A stretch of DNA of 64,000 bases from assembly GCA_944391445.1 (NCBI GenBank), contig CALXTL010000008.1, positions 10,915-74,914 of the forward strand. The letters are read 5' to 3'. This stretch comes from an uncultured Alphaproteobacteria bacterium. Its GTDB lineage: Bacteria > Pseudomonadota > Alphaproteobacteria > RF32 > CAG-239. Every line of letters starts with the position of its first letter. The first letter of the stretch is position 1. The notes beneath the pieces are model-generated. The model had not been told where the DNA came from. It saw nothing but the letters and a program-made list of their open reading frames with translations, and did not search any database. The position numbers and the translations under genes were made by a program. This document shows, one piece after another, positions 19,572 through 28,553 of the stretch.

Positions 19572-21647
19572 CTATTTTTTGATTTCAAACGCCAGCACGC
19601 ACCAGGCGGGAATTTTTATTAGCGCATCTGCCGCAGGTTCAACGCCATGCGCTTTTTGCGAACTATCCAAAATCATGTTCCAGCTCCAATTTTGCGGCAG
19701 CGGGGGTAATTTCCATTCCATTTCGTTGAAATTAGCGTTAAATATGGCCATAATAAAACGATTGCCATTATATACGCAGTAAGACAGACATCTTCGATTG
19801 CCGTCGTGCCAGTCAGCTTCTTCAAATTCGCGCCCTTTTTCTGTATACCAGGCGATATCCTTAAAACCGCTTTTATCAATCGGCCGGCCGGTAAAAAATT
19901 TGCGACGTTCAAAAATTTTGAGTTTTTTGCGCAAACGAACAAGCTTGCGCACGAAATTGGCGAATTTTTTATTATCCTCGGTGATACCCTCCCAGGCGAC
20001 CCAAGTAAGCGCATTGTCCTGACAATAGGGATTGTTGTTGCCAAGCTGCGAACGCATTAATTCATCACCGGCGACCAGCATCGGCGTGCCAAAAGAAAGC
20101 AGCAGCGTGGACAACATGGCACGCGCCCGCTGAAAACGATTATCCAAAACCACGGAATTATCCGTATCGCCTTCTAAACCGGAGTTCCAACTCCAATTGG
20201 AGTTGGTCCCATCTTTATTGTCTTCCCCATTGCTGAAGTTATGTTTTTGATTGTAGCTGACAAGGTCATTCAGGTTAAAACCGTCATGAGCCGTGATAAA
20301 ATTGACGCTGGCCCAGATGTCCCGGTTATTGTATCCGAATATGTCGCTGGATCCACTTAAGCGGCTGGCCATTTCCGCGGTTTGAAAAGTATCTCCTTTC
20401 CAAAAGCGGCGAACGTTGTCGCGGTATTTATCATTCCACTCGGCCCAGCCCGGCAAAAAAGCGCCGACCTGATACCCGCCGGATCCGATATCCCACGGCT
20501 CGGCAATCAGCTTGACTTTTTTTAATACCGGGTCCTGACCGACGGCATATAAAAAACCACTTTCTCTGGAAAAGATTTTGTCCTGACGGGCCAGGGTAGT
20601 CGCCAGATCAAAACGAAAGCCGTCGACATGCATTTCCTCGACCCAGTAGCGCAGAGAATCCATTACCAGCCGGAGAACTTGCGGATTTTGAATATTAAAC
20701 GACGCGCCACAGCCGGTGGTGTCAAAATAATAACGTCGATTATCGGGGTTTAGGATATAGTATGATGAATTGTCAATACCGCGGTAACACAATGTCGGGC
20801 CTAGCTGATTTCCCTCTCCGGTATGATTATAGACCACATCAAGAATCACCTCCAGGCCATGCGCGTGCATGGTCTTGATCATGTCTTTGATTTCGGCAAT
20901 ATTATCCGTGGCCAAATACGACTGCTCCGGCGCAAAAAAGCTGAAACTCTCATATCCCCAGTAATTGTCGGTGATGTATCCTTTTTTATGACGGTTGCCA
21001 AAAAAGGCATGTACCGGCAAAAACTCCACAGCCGTCACCCCGAGCCATTTTACATAATTGATGACCGACCCGTGCGCAAAGCCGGCAAAAGTACCGCGTT
21101 TGGAATCCGGCACCGACGGCTGCAGCATGGTGTATCCGCGCAGCTGAGTTTCATAAATAATTGTTTCCTCAAAACGGTATCCGGGAGCACAGTCGCCTTC
21201 CCAGTCATAGCTGTCATCAACCACAACCGATTTTGGCACATAAGGCGCCGAATCAAGCTCTGAAAAAGACAAATCTTTTTCCGGGCTGTCAACATCATAT
21301 CCAAAAATTGCCTTATTCCAAATCAGCTTGCCGACCAACTGCCGCCCGTAGGGATCAATCAGCAGTTTGTTGGGATTAAAACGCAAGCCCTCCTGAGGTT
21401 TGTATTTGCCGTAAACACGATAGCCGTATACCTGGCCGGGAGTGACTCCTTCAAGATATATATGCCAGATATTATTTTCGTTTTCATCAATCTGATAACG
21501 TTCGATCTCTTCCGAGCCGGATGCATCAAACAGGCAGAGCTCCACTTTTTCGGCATGCGCGGAAAAAAGCGCAAAGTTCACGCCTTTTCCGTCATACTGC
21601 GATCCGAGCGGAACGGCCTTTCCAGAAGAGGCTTTGAACTGCGTCAT
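19572..21647 (-). CDS. glgX: Glycogen debranching enzyme GlgX
   Basis: 691 aa. N-terminus PLGSQYDGKGVNFALFSAHAEKVELCLFD. GH13 motifs VILDVVYNHT, GFRFDLA, EPWD and FITAHDGF. Confidence 0.9.
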   Translation of the reverse strand: MTQFKASSGKAVPLGSQYDGKGVNFALFSAHAEKVELCLFDASGSEEIERYQIDENENNIWHIYLEGVTPGQVYGYRVYGKYKPQEGLRFNPNKLLIDPYGRQLVGKLIWNKAIFGYDVDSPEKDLSFSELDSAPYVPKSVVVDDSYDWEGDCAPGYRFEETIIYETQLRGYTMLQPSVPDSKRGTFAGFAHGSVINYVKWLGVTAVEFLPVHAFFGNRHKKGYITDNYWGYESFSFFAPEQSYLATDNIAEIKDMIKTMHAHGLEVILDVVYNHTGEGNQLGPTLCYRGIDNSSYYILNPDNRRYYFDTTGCGASFNIQNPQVLRLVMDSLRYWVEEMHVDGFRFDLATTLARQDKIFSRESGFLYAVGQDPVLKKVKLIAEPWDIGSGGYQVGAFLPGWAEWNDKYRDNVRRFWKGDTFQTAEMASRLSGSSDIFGYNNRDIWASVNFITAHDGFNLNDLVSYNQKHNFSNGEDNKDGTNSNWSWNSGLEGDTDNSVVLDNRFQRARAMLSTLLLSFGTPMLVAGDELMRSQLGNNNPYCQDNALTWVAWEGITEDNKKFANFVRKLVRLRKKLKIFERRKFFTGRPIDKSGFKDIAWYTEKGREFEEADWHDGNRRCLSYCVYNGNRFIMAIFNANFNEMEWKLPPLPQNWSWNMILDSSQKAHGVEPAADALIKIPAWCVLAFEIKK

Positions 21648-21657
21648 ATTTTTTCCT

Positions 21658-23850
21658 TTATCTGATCGGTTTCAGAACAATCGTCGCCAGCGGCGGCACC
21701 CGCAGTTTGATTGACATTGGTTTGCAATTCCATTCAATGTTTTCTGCCTGCATGACGCCTTCATTTTTAACTCCGCTGCCCCAGTAGTTTACATCATCAC
21801 TGTTAAAAATTTCTTGATAGGCGCAATTTTCATAAACACCACAACGGTATTCTTCACGCACAACCGGCGTAAAGTTGGAAATCACGATCAGATAGTCTTT
21901 CGGATCAAAACCTTTACGTATGTATGAAATGATACTTTCATCCGAATTGGAATGGTCAATCCACTCAAAACCGCGATAGTCAAAATCCTGCTGATACAAC
22001 GGCGGGTTGCCTTTATACATCAGGTTGAGGTCGCGGACACAATTTTGCATGCCGCGGTACATCGGATAATCCAGCAAAAACCAGCGCAGACTTTCCTCAG
22101 AATTCCATTCCCAATCCTGCCCGAAATCACATCCCATAAACAAAAGTTTTTTGCCCGGGTGCGTATACATGAAACCATAATAAGCACGCAAATTGGCAAA
22201 CTTCTGCCATTCGTCGCCGGGCATTTTGGACAGCATCGACCCCTTACCATGAACGACCTCGTCATGTGAAATCGGCAAAATGAAATTTTCGTTAAATGCA
22301 TATAGCAATCCAAACGTCAACATACCATGGTGATATTTCCGATGAACGGGTTCGTGCGAAATGTATTTGAGTGTGTCATTCATCCAGCCCATATTCCACT
22401 TATATCCAAAACCAAGCCCGCCCATGCTGGTCGGACGCGACACCATCGGCCAGGCCGTCGACTCTTCGGCCACGGTGAAGGCGCCTTTGACTTCAGAATA
22501 TGCCAGTTCATTCATCCGGCGTAAGAACGCTATTGCCTCAATGTTTTCATTCCCGCCGTAGATGTTAGGAATCCACTCACCGTTTTTGCGCGAATAATCC
22601 AGATACAGCATTGACGCAACCGCATCAACACGCAAACCGTCAATATGAAATTCCTTCAGCCAAAAAATAGCGCTGGCGCACAAAAAATTCATGACCTCGG
22701 TGCGGCCGTAATTGTAGATTTTTGTGCCCCAGTCCGTATGCTCTCCTTTGCGCGGATCGGCATGTTCATAAAGATGCGTACCGTCAAACTCGTTCAAGCC
22801 ATGACCATCTTTGGGGAAATGAGCCGGGACCCAGTCCATGATGACAGAGATTCCGGCCTGATGAAATTTGTCGATCAGATAACGAAGATCATCTGGCGTA
22901 CCGAAGCGGCTGGTCGGCGCAAACATTCCCACCACTTGATAGCCCCAGGACGCATCCAACGGGTGCTCCGCCAACGGCAAAAATTCAACATGAGTGAACC
23001 CCATATTAACCACATAAGGCACCAGTGTGTCAGCCAGTTCGCGATAGCTCAGATACTCATTATTTTCCTTACGGCGCCAAGACCCCAAATGCACTTCGTA
23101 AATTGACATCGGCTTATCAAAAGAGTTGTGCTCTTCACGATAATTCATCCAGCCGGCGTCATTCCAGTTATAATGATTGATATCATAAACCACAGAGGCG
23201 GTATGCGGTCTTTTTTCGGAATAAAAAGCCAGCGGATCCGCTTTAACGATGATGGCGTTATCCTGCGTTTTGATTTCATATTTATATATTTCGTTTTCAT
23301 AAATTCCGGGAATAAAAATATCCCAAACACCGCAGGAAGGGTGTTTGCGCATAACGTTGACGCGACCATCCCAGTTGTTGAAATTTCCAACAACGCTGAC
23401 GCGTTTGGCGTTCGGCGCCCAAACGGCAAAACTGACACCGCGGACACCGTTCAACTCGACCGGATGTGCCCCGAGTTTTTTGTACATTTCAAGATGCTTG
23501 CCTTCAGCCAAAAGATAAATATCCATATCGCCCAGCATCGACGGAAAACGATACGGATCTTCAGCTTCATATTTGACGCCGAGGTCGTTTTCAATGCGAA
23601 ATTTATAGGGAAAATTTTCTCTTATACCGAGGTCAATCTGATAGAATCCCCGATCGTCCAATTTAGTAAAAAAACCTAAAGAATTGTTATCGTAATCCAG
23701 CAGCTCAATGCTCTTTGAATGCGGCTGATATGCCCGAATAAAAACTTCTTTGCTGCCTTTGTTTTTGTGTATTCCGAGAACTGCAAAAACATTGCCGTGA
23801 TCACCGTTGATAACGGCCTCCATTTCTTCTTTTGATAACAGGTTTGGCAT
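21658..23850 (-). CDS. glgB: 1,4-alpha-glucan branching enzyme GlgB
   Basis: GH13 motifs VIMDWVPAHF, GLRVDAV, AEEST and LPISHDEVVHGK. I place the start at ATG 23850, which has AAGGA 8 nt upstream. The longest ORF begins at a TTG at 23904. Confidence 0.9.
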   Translation of the reverse strand: MPNLLSKEEMEAVINGDHGNVFAVLGIHKNKGSKEVFIRAYQPHSKSIELLDYDNNSLGFFTKLDDRGFYQIDLGIRENFPYKFRIENDLGVKYEAEDPYRFPSMLGDMDIYLLAEGKHLEMYKKLGAHPVELNGVRGVSFAVWAPNAKRVSVVGNFNNWDGRVNVMRKHPSCGVWDIFIPGIYENEIYKYEIKTQDNAIIVKADPLAFYSEKRPHTASVVYDINHYNWNDAGWMNYREEHNSFDKPMSIYEVHLGSWRRKENNEYLSYRELADTLVPYVVNMGFTHVEFLPLAEHPLDASWGYQVVGMFAPTSRFGTPDDLRYLIDKFHQAGISVIMDWVPAHFPKDGHGLNEFDGTHLYEHADPRKGEHTDWGTKIYNYGRTEVMNFLCASAIFWLKEFHIDGLRVDAVASMLYLDYSRKNGEWIPNIYGGNENIEAIAFLRRMNELAYSEVKGAFTVAEESTAWPMVSRPTSMGGLGFGYKWNMGWMNDTLKYISHEPVHRKYHHGMLTFGLLYAFNENFILPISHDEVVHGKGSMLSKMPGDEWQKFANLRAYYGFMYTHPGKKLLFMGCDFGQDWEWNSEESLRWFLLDYPMYRGMQNCVRDLNLMYKGNPPLYQQDFDYRGFEWIDHSNSDESIISYIRKGFDPKDYLIVISNFTPVVREEYRCGVYENCAYQEIFNSDDVNYWGSGVKNEGVMQAENIEWNCKPMSIKLRVPPLATIVLKPIR

Positions 23851-23994
23851 GTACGATTTCCTTAAATTTGACAACATAATTCGGCGGTGATGACCCCGTA
23901 TCAATTATCTATAATTTCATATGGTTTTAAATGCAAGCTTTTTAGCTTTAATTTCAATTTTTTTTGCAAAAATAGATTTTTAGTGCTTTTGCTA

Positions 23995-24022
23995 TTGACG
24001 TATTATTTTTTGATTGTATATT
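23995..24022 (+). promoter_or_regulatory. Candidate sigma70 promoter for the DUF2934-like gene
   Basis: TTGACG, a 16-nt spacer, then TATATT, about 38 nt upstream of the ATG at 24060. Confidence 0.35.
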
Positions 24023-24059
24023 AGTTTGTGTTTACCGAACTTTATTTGGAGTTAGTATT

Positions 24060-24299
24060 ATGAACAAAATGAATGAAAAATGCATTCAGGAAGCTGCTTA
24101 TTTCCTTTGGCAAAATGCCGGCTGCCCGAACGGTCAGAATGAATATTTCTGGTCTTTGGCAGTTGAACAGCTCTCCAACAAATGCAACAAATCTTCCTGC
24201 AGCAGCAAAAAGTCTTCTTCCAGCAGCAAATCCTGCGCTGCAAAGAAGTCCAGCAGCTCTAAGAAATCTTCTTCCAGCGCCAAAAAATCTTCCAAGTAA
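24060..24299 (+). CDS. DUF2934-like small protein with Ser/Lys-rich low-complexity tail
   Basis: IQEAAYFLWQNAGCPNGQNEYFWSLAVEQL resembles the DUF2934 pattern (RAYelWe.eG.P.G.d.ehW..Ae). The C-terminal 40 aa are almost entirely S/K/A/C. Confidence 0.6.
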   Translation: MNKMNEKCIQEAAYFLWQNAGCPNGQNEYFWSLAVEQLSNKCNKSSCSSKKSSSSSKSCAAKKSSSSKKSSSSAKKSSK

Positions 24300-24328
24300 T
24301 TTTTGGGGCAAAGAAATTTCTGATTTGG

Positions 24329-24358
24329 AAACTCCGCCGAATTCGGCGGAGTTTTTTG
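24329..24358. terminator. Hairpin terminator between convergent genes
   Basis: actccgccg-aatt-cggcggagt followed by T6 on the plus strand. Confidence 0.65.
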
Positions 24359-24361
24359 TCT

Positions 24362-25615
24362 CTATTTCCGAGCGGAAACAATCCATCCGCGAACCTTATT
24401 TTTCCCCTCTCTGCGCAAGATTGTTTTCCTCAGAATGATATCGCGGAATCCGCCGTAAAGAAGCGCCTTTTCCACATATGTTTGCGTATGGGCAAAACGT
24501 CCCGAAGGATGCAAAAAACAGTTGTTTTCATTTTGTTGATTCTGCGTGATCGAAAAAATAAAAAAGCCGCCTTTTTTCAACACAGAATAAACCCCGGCAA
24601 AGACCTTTTCCAAAGCGCCAAAATAAGTCAGGACATCGGCGGCAACAACCAAGTCAAAGATTGTTTTTGATGTCTGCAGATATTCTTCTATTTCCATCTT
24701 TTCAAGCTGTGTATAAAGTTTTTTGCCACGGGCTTTTTCCAGCATTGACGCCGATAAATCAACCCCGGTCAAGATGCCTTTGCCCAGTGTACCGGCCAAG
24801 GCTTCGGCGCAGAGACCAGTACCGCACCCGAGATCAAGAATCCGCATGGATGCGCCAGCGCCCGGCGGGAGAAGCTCCGCGGCCGCCGCGGCAATTTTTT
24901 GCGGTGCGACATAGTCCAAAGCAGACAAAGTTTCATCAAAAGCAACGGCAAAATTATCAAAAAGTTTTTCGATATATTCCGCTGAGGCTTTCTCTGGAAT
25001 CTTATCGGCAAAATAGCTTTGACAACTGTGCATGACTATCGGATTTTTTTTGTATTGATTATGCCATTTTTGCACTGTCGGCAGAACAAAATCTGCCCCT
25101 TTTTCTTCCGAAATTTCATAAAGCGCATAAGCTAAATTGAGCTGTTGCGAATCTTCTCCGCCGCTTAGCTCCACTGCATGAAAAGCAGCCTCCAGCGCGG
25201 CGGCGGGAATTCCCTTTCCCTGCAAAGCCTGAGAAAAATAATTCCAGTTCCAAAAGTCGTCCGGATCAAGCTGCAGCGCGGTTTGCAAATCGGCGGCTGC
25301 CGACGAAAAATCCTCCCGCTCCAACAAGATACGTCCCCGTAGCGAATAGCCCAACGGCGAGTTCTGAAAAAAGCGAATCATTTGCGTCGCATCAGACAAA
25401 GCCTCGTCATATTTTTTTTGAAAAAAAAGAATATTGCCACGATTGCATAATGCGGGAAGATTCTGCGGCTGCCGACGTAAAATTTTTTGATAAAAAAGCA
25501 ACGCCCGGGCATATTCCCCTTTCTGATAAAAAATATTGCCGCGCCGCAGCCATTTTTCGCAACGGGCAGGTATATTGTACAATCCTTTCAGAAAAGAAAA
25601 AATTTGCAGCGTCAT
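24362..25615 (-). CDS. TPR-repeat protein fused to class I SAM-dependent methyltransferase
   Basis: N-terminal TPR-like repeats (GNIFYQKGEYARALLFYQKIL..., NRGNILFFQKKYDEAL). C-terminal SAM motif ILDLGCGTGLCAEAL. Confidence 0.75.
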   Translation of the reverse strand: MTLQIFSFLKGLYNIPARCEKWLRRGNIFYQKGEYARALLFYQKILRRQPQNLPALCNRGNILFFQKKYDEALSDATQMIRFFQNSPLGYSLRGRILLEREDFSSAAADLQTALQLDPDDFWNWNYFSQALQGKGIPAAALEAAFHAVELSGGEDSQQLNLAYALYEISEEKGADFVLPTVQKWHNQYKKNPIVMHSCQSYFADKIPEKASAEYIEKLFDNFAVAFDETLSALDYVAPQKIAAAAAELLPPGAGASMRILDLGCGTGLCAEALAGTLGKGILTGVDLSASMLEKARGKKLYTQLEKMEIEEYLQTSKTIFDLVVAADVLTYFGALEKVFAGVYSVLKKGGFFIFSITQNQQNENNCFLHPSGRFAHTQTYVEKALLYGGFRDIILRKTILRREGKNKVRGWIVSARK

Positions 25616-25641
25616 TTTTTATTTTCCCGGATATTGATACA

Positions 25642-25668
25642 GAAAAAGGATCCGGTGTCGGATCCTTC
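25642..25668 (-). terminator. Rho-independent terminator after tRNA-Leu
   Basis: Minus-strand aaggatccg-acac-cggatcctt followed by T5. Confidence 0.65.
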
Positions 25669-25674
25669 TCAAAG

Positions 25675-25760
25675 TGGTAGGGGTAGTCAGACTTGAACTG
25701 ACACGGCCTGAGGCCACAAGATTTTGAGTCTAGCGCGTCTACCAGTTCCGCCATACCCCC
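25675..25760 (-). tRNA. tRNA-Leu (anticodon CAA), type II with long variable arm, CCA encoded
   Basis: Cloverleaf read by hand: acceptor GGGGGTA/TACCCCT, anticodon loop CTCAAAA, variable arm GGCC-TCA-GGCC, T-arm GTCAG-TTCAAGT-CTGAC, then ACCA. Confidence 0.93.
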
Positions 25761-25919
25761 ATCATCTCGGTGCCTTGATAGATAATATATTTAATTCTTT
25801 TCGTCAACTCTTTTTTTGACGTTTTTTTAACTTTGGCTCCGGACACAAAGCAAAACTGCCGCCGATTTTGTCGTAAAACGGCCGTTTCAACGTATGCGGC
25901 GATTTTGCTCAAAAGCTAT

Positions 25920-26282
25920 TTAGACATTTCCGCCTAAGCCTTTGGCAATATTCATGTTGATGTTAATCAGGATATCAAGCTTGTGCGGCTCAGGGTTTGC
26001 TGCTATGTCCATGGTTCTTTGGAACACAAACACCGCCAGGCTTAAAATATTCTTTTTCACTTCCTGCGGTTGCGGACAATCCTCCTCCCTCATGGCGGCG
26101 GCGATAATTGTCCATAATTTGCGGTTTTTTTCTAATGCTTCATCCAGCTCACCTTTGCGCTCTTCCCAATGCTCCTTGATTTGGTTTAATGATGACGCCG
26201 TACGGATAAGTGCTCTGCTTTCCAGTTCTGACTGCCCCATGCCGGCGATGTCATTTTGCGCATAATTTTGTGAGATGTTCAT
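25920..26282 (-). CDS. flaF: Flagellar biosynthesis regulator FlaF
   Basis: 120 aa. ELESRALIRTASSL, EALEKNRKLWTII, CPQPQEVKKNILSLAVFVFQ and DILININMNIAKGL follow the FlaF family pattern seen in alphaproteobacteria. Confidence 0.8.
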   Translation of the reverse strand: MNISQNYAQNDIAGMGQSELESRALIRTASSLNQIKEHWEERKGELDEALEKNRKLWTIIAAAMREEDCPQPQEVKKNILSLAVFVFQRTMDIAANPEPHKLDILININMNIAKGLGGNV

Positions 26283-26388
26283 GTTAAACTTTAGCCTTTA
26301 AATAAAAACTTTTTTAAGATTATAACGTTATAATGTTAGCAAAATTAGGTTACTTAATCGTAAATTTTTACTTTGCGGACGGTGAAAA

Positions 26389-27312
26389 ATGAAAAAAATC
26401 GGAATGTGGTTCTTATGCTGGTGTCTTGTTTTTAGCACAGTCGGCGCAGCAACGGCTTTTGTCCGTTATGAAGATAAACATCCGCAGAGGCGCCGCGATG
26501 TTCATATTACTGGATTTATTGACTATGCGCCTTTCGGTTTTGTCGCGCATCCGGAAGCCAAAATATACGGCAAGTTTACATCGCTGTTTCAACCTATGTG
26601 GGAAACACTTGCAAAAGAAAATAATCTGCGTGTTTTTTATGATTTGCAGAAAAAAGATTATCCCACCCTGGTTCAGGGCGTGCGCACCGGGGACTTTGAC
26701 GTTTTACTCGGGGCTTATCATCAGACCGAGTTATTCCGCGGACTTGAATTTATTTATCCGGCTGCCATCAATAATCCGATTACGGTTTTTATGCTGCCTA
26801 ACCGTATCCACGAGGTCAGCTCGGTTGATGATCTTAAAAAACTCAAAGGCGTCCGTTTGAGTGATGAGGTCTACAGCGATTACATTAACCAGCAGCTTGA
26901 GCAATTTCAAATAGAATCCGTCGACACGCCGTATCAATTGTTTGAAAAATTGTTTACCCGGCAGGCAGACTATATTCTCATCGGCTATTATAAAGGGTTG
27001 ATTGAAGCGATTAAGCTCGGTTTGCGCGAACAAGTCGCCGTGGCTCGCCAGAGTTTGTGGAATATTCCGCTGTTTTTTGCCGTTTCCAAGTTATCGCGCG
27101 AACGCAAAATGCTCACCCAAAAACTGACCCGTTATGTGGAAAAACCAGAAAACAGGAAAGCTTTCCAGGACGGCATAGCTGCAATGATTGCCGATTTTGA
27201 ACGGCAGGCGCAGGGTGTTGTTCCGCCAACTTTTGGTCTTGAAAAAAATATTTCAGATGTAAAAGAAAACTCTCAACCTGCCGGTCGCGCCCCTCAGCCT
27301 CCGGCTCTTTGA
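26389..27312 (+). CDS. Periplasmic solute-binding protein family 3-like (orphan)
   Basis: Signal peptide MKKIGMWFLCWCLVFSTVGAATA. The fold-level pattern ITGFIDYAPFGF...DVLLGAY...GVRL resembles SBP_bac_3. No ABC permease or ATPase is adjacent. Confidence 0.5.
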   Translation: MKKIGMWFLCWCLVFSTVGAATAFVRYEDKHPQRRRDVHITGFIDYAPFGFVAHPEAKIYGKFTSLFQPMWETLAKENNLRVFYDLQKKDYPTLVQGVRTGDFDVLLGAYHQTELFRGLEFIYPAAINNPITVFMLPNRIHEVSSVDDLKKLKGVRLSDEVYSDYINQQLEQFQIESVDTPYQLFEKLFTRQADYILIGYYKGLIEAIKLGLREQVAVARQSLWNIPLFFAVSKLSRERKMLTQKLTRYVEKPENRKAFQDGIAAMIADFERQAQGVVPPTFGLEKNISDVKENSQPAGRAPQPPAL

Positions 27313-27410
27313 ACCGGCGCAAACGGCTGATAAGTCATAATGCTTTGTTGACCGATTAAGAATCTGCGGTTAATATATTTTCTGGGAATGAGTTTGGGAA
27401 ATTAGGGGCA

Positions 27411-28076
27411 ATGGTTTTACTTATTCAACATCCGGTTTCGGCCGCTTCACGCAAAATCCGTCTGCTTATGGGCGAGAAGAAAATGCTGTTCATCCTGCGG
27501 GAAGAAGAACCATGGAAACTTTCGGAAGAAGTTTTTAAGCTTAATCCGGCCGGAGAGCTGCCCATTTTTCTCAATGACGGGCAAGTTTTGGCCGGCGACT
27601 ATGCCATTGCCGAATATCTGGAAGAGACATCTCCCGACATTCCGATGATTTTCGGCGAACCTAAACAACGGGCGGAGATCCGCCGGCTGACGGATTGGTT
27701 CGACCATAAATTTCAGAAAGAGGTTTATCGCAATATTGTTCAGGAAAAAGTTCACAAGCGCTTTGCCTGCGGCAAGGCTCCTGATTCCCGTGTTTTGAAA
27801 GTGGGGCTGAATAATCTGGTATTTCATCTCGAATATATTGAATGGCTGCTTGAACGCCGGCAGTATCTGGCCGCCGATATCATCTCGCTGGCAGATTTGT
27901 CTGCCGCGGCCGGTCTCTCGGTGATTGATTATTTGGGCGGCGTGCCGTGGGAAGATTTCAAAAACGCCAAACTCTGGTATTCCAAAATAAAATCAAGGCC
28001 CTCTTTCAAAGACCTACTGAAAGACAATATCCGCGGTATTTTGCCGTCACCTCATTATGCCAATCTTGATTTTTAG
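27411..28076 (+). CDS. Glutathione S-transferase family protein
   Basis: Thioredoxin-like N-domain (SRKIRLLMGEKKM...KLNPAGELPIF..DG.VLAGDYAIAEYLEE) and a helical C-domain. Confidence 0.75.
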   Translation: MVLLIQHPVSAASRKIRLLMGEKKMLFILREEEPWKLSEEVFKLNPAGELPIFLNDGQVLAGDYAIAEYLEETSPDIPMIFGEPKQRAEIRRLTDWFDHKFQKEVYRNIVQEKVHKRFACGKAPDSRVLKVGLNNLVFHLEYIEWLLERRQYLAADIISLADLSAAAGLSVIDYLGGVPWEDFKNAKLWYSKIKSRPSFKDLLKDNIRGILPSPHYANLDF

Positions 28077-28085
28077 GAAATTGCC

Positions 28086-28553
28086 ATGCAAAAGAACATC
28101 TGCTTTTTTCTTCTGGCCGCCGTTTTGAGCTCCTGCACTTATTTGTCCAAGGGCAGCGGCCAGGTCGTGTATCACTGGGAAAAAGTCAATGTCGGCGTCC
28201 AAAAATTTGCTTCCGACCATGCCGAATGTCTGCTTTCAGCCAAAGAATTTAAATTGATGCCTGATTTCCGCACCTGGTTTTATTCCGAAGAAACAAAACT
28301 CAACACCCGCGCCGACTGGAAATCCTCCAAAGGCATTTGGGCTACTTATGTCCCTTATGAAGGCGCTCAGCCGCTGATTGTTAATTCCCGCTACGATGAT
28401 GATGATATCAGTCCGGCCAACTACAGCAAATGTATGAAATCAAAAGGTTATTGGCCGCGTGAGCATGATATCCCCGAAATTACCAATATCAACCTTTACA
28501 AAGCGCGCCGGCCGCATCTGATGCAGCCGTTTGGTTATCCGGAATATCATTGA
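28086..28553 (+). CDS. Hypothetical lipoprotein
   Basis: Lipobox AAVLSS/C after a hydrophobic signal. No recognisable domain. The 3' end overlaps the convergent OMF gene by 65 nt. Confidence 0.5.
   Translation: MQKNICFFLLAAVLSSCTYLSKGSGQVVYHWEKVNVGVQKFASDHAECLLSAKEFKLMPDFRTWFYSEETKLNTRADWKSSKGIWATYVPYEGAQPLIVNSRYDDDDISPANYSKCMKSKGYWPREHDIPEITNINLYKARRPHLMQPFGYPEYH

Noticed and set aside
25412-25428. A T8-G-A8 tract inside the TPR-methyltransferase gene as a possible phase-variation slippage site.
   Set aside because: It encodes FFQKK in frame within an intact ORF. An 8-nt homopolymer is short for efficient phase variation, and there is no evidence of an alternative frame.
25407-25754. 115-aa ORF beginning MAELVDALDSKS.
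   Set aside because: This is the familiar spurious translation of a tRNA-Leu gene. The region is fully explained by tRNA-Leu(CAA) and its terminator.
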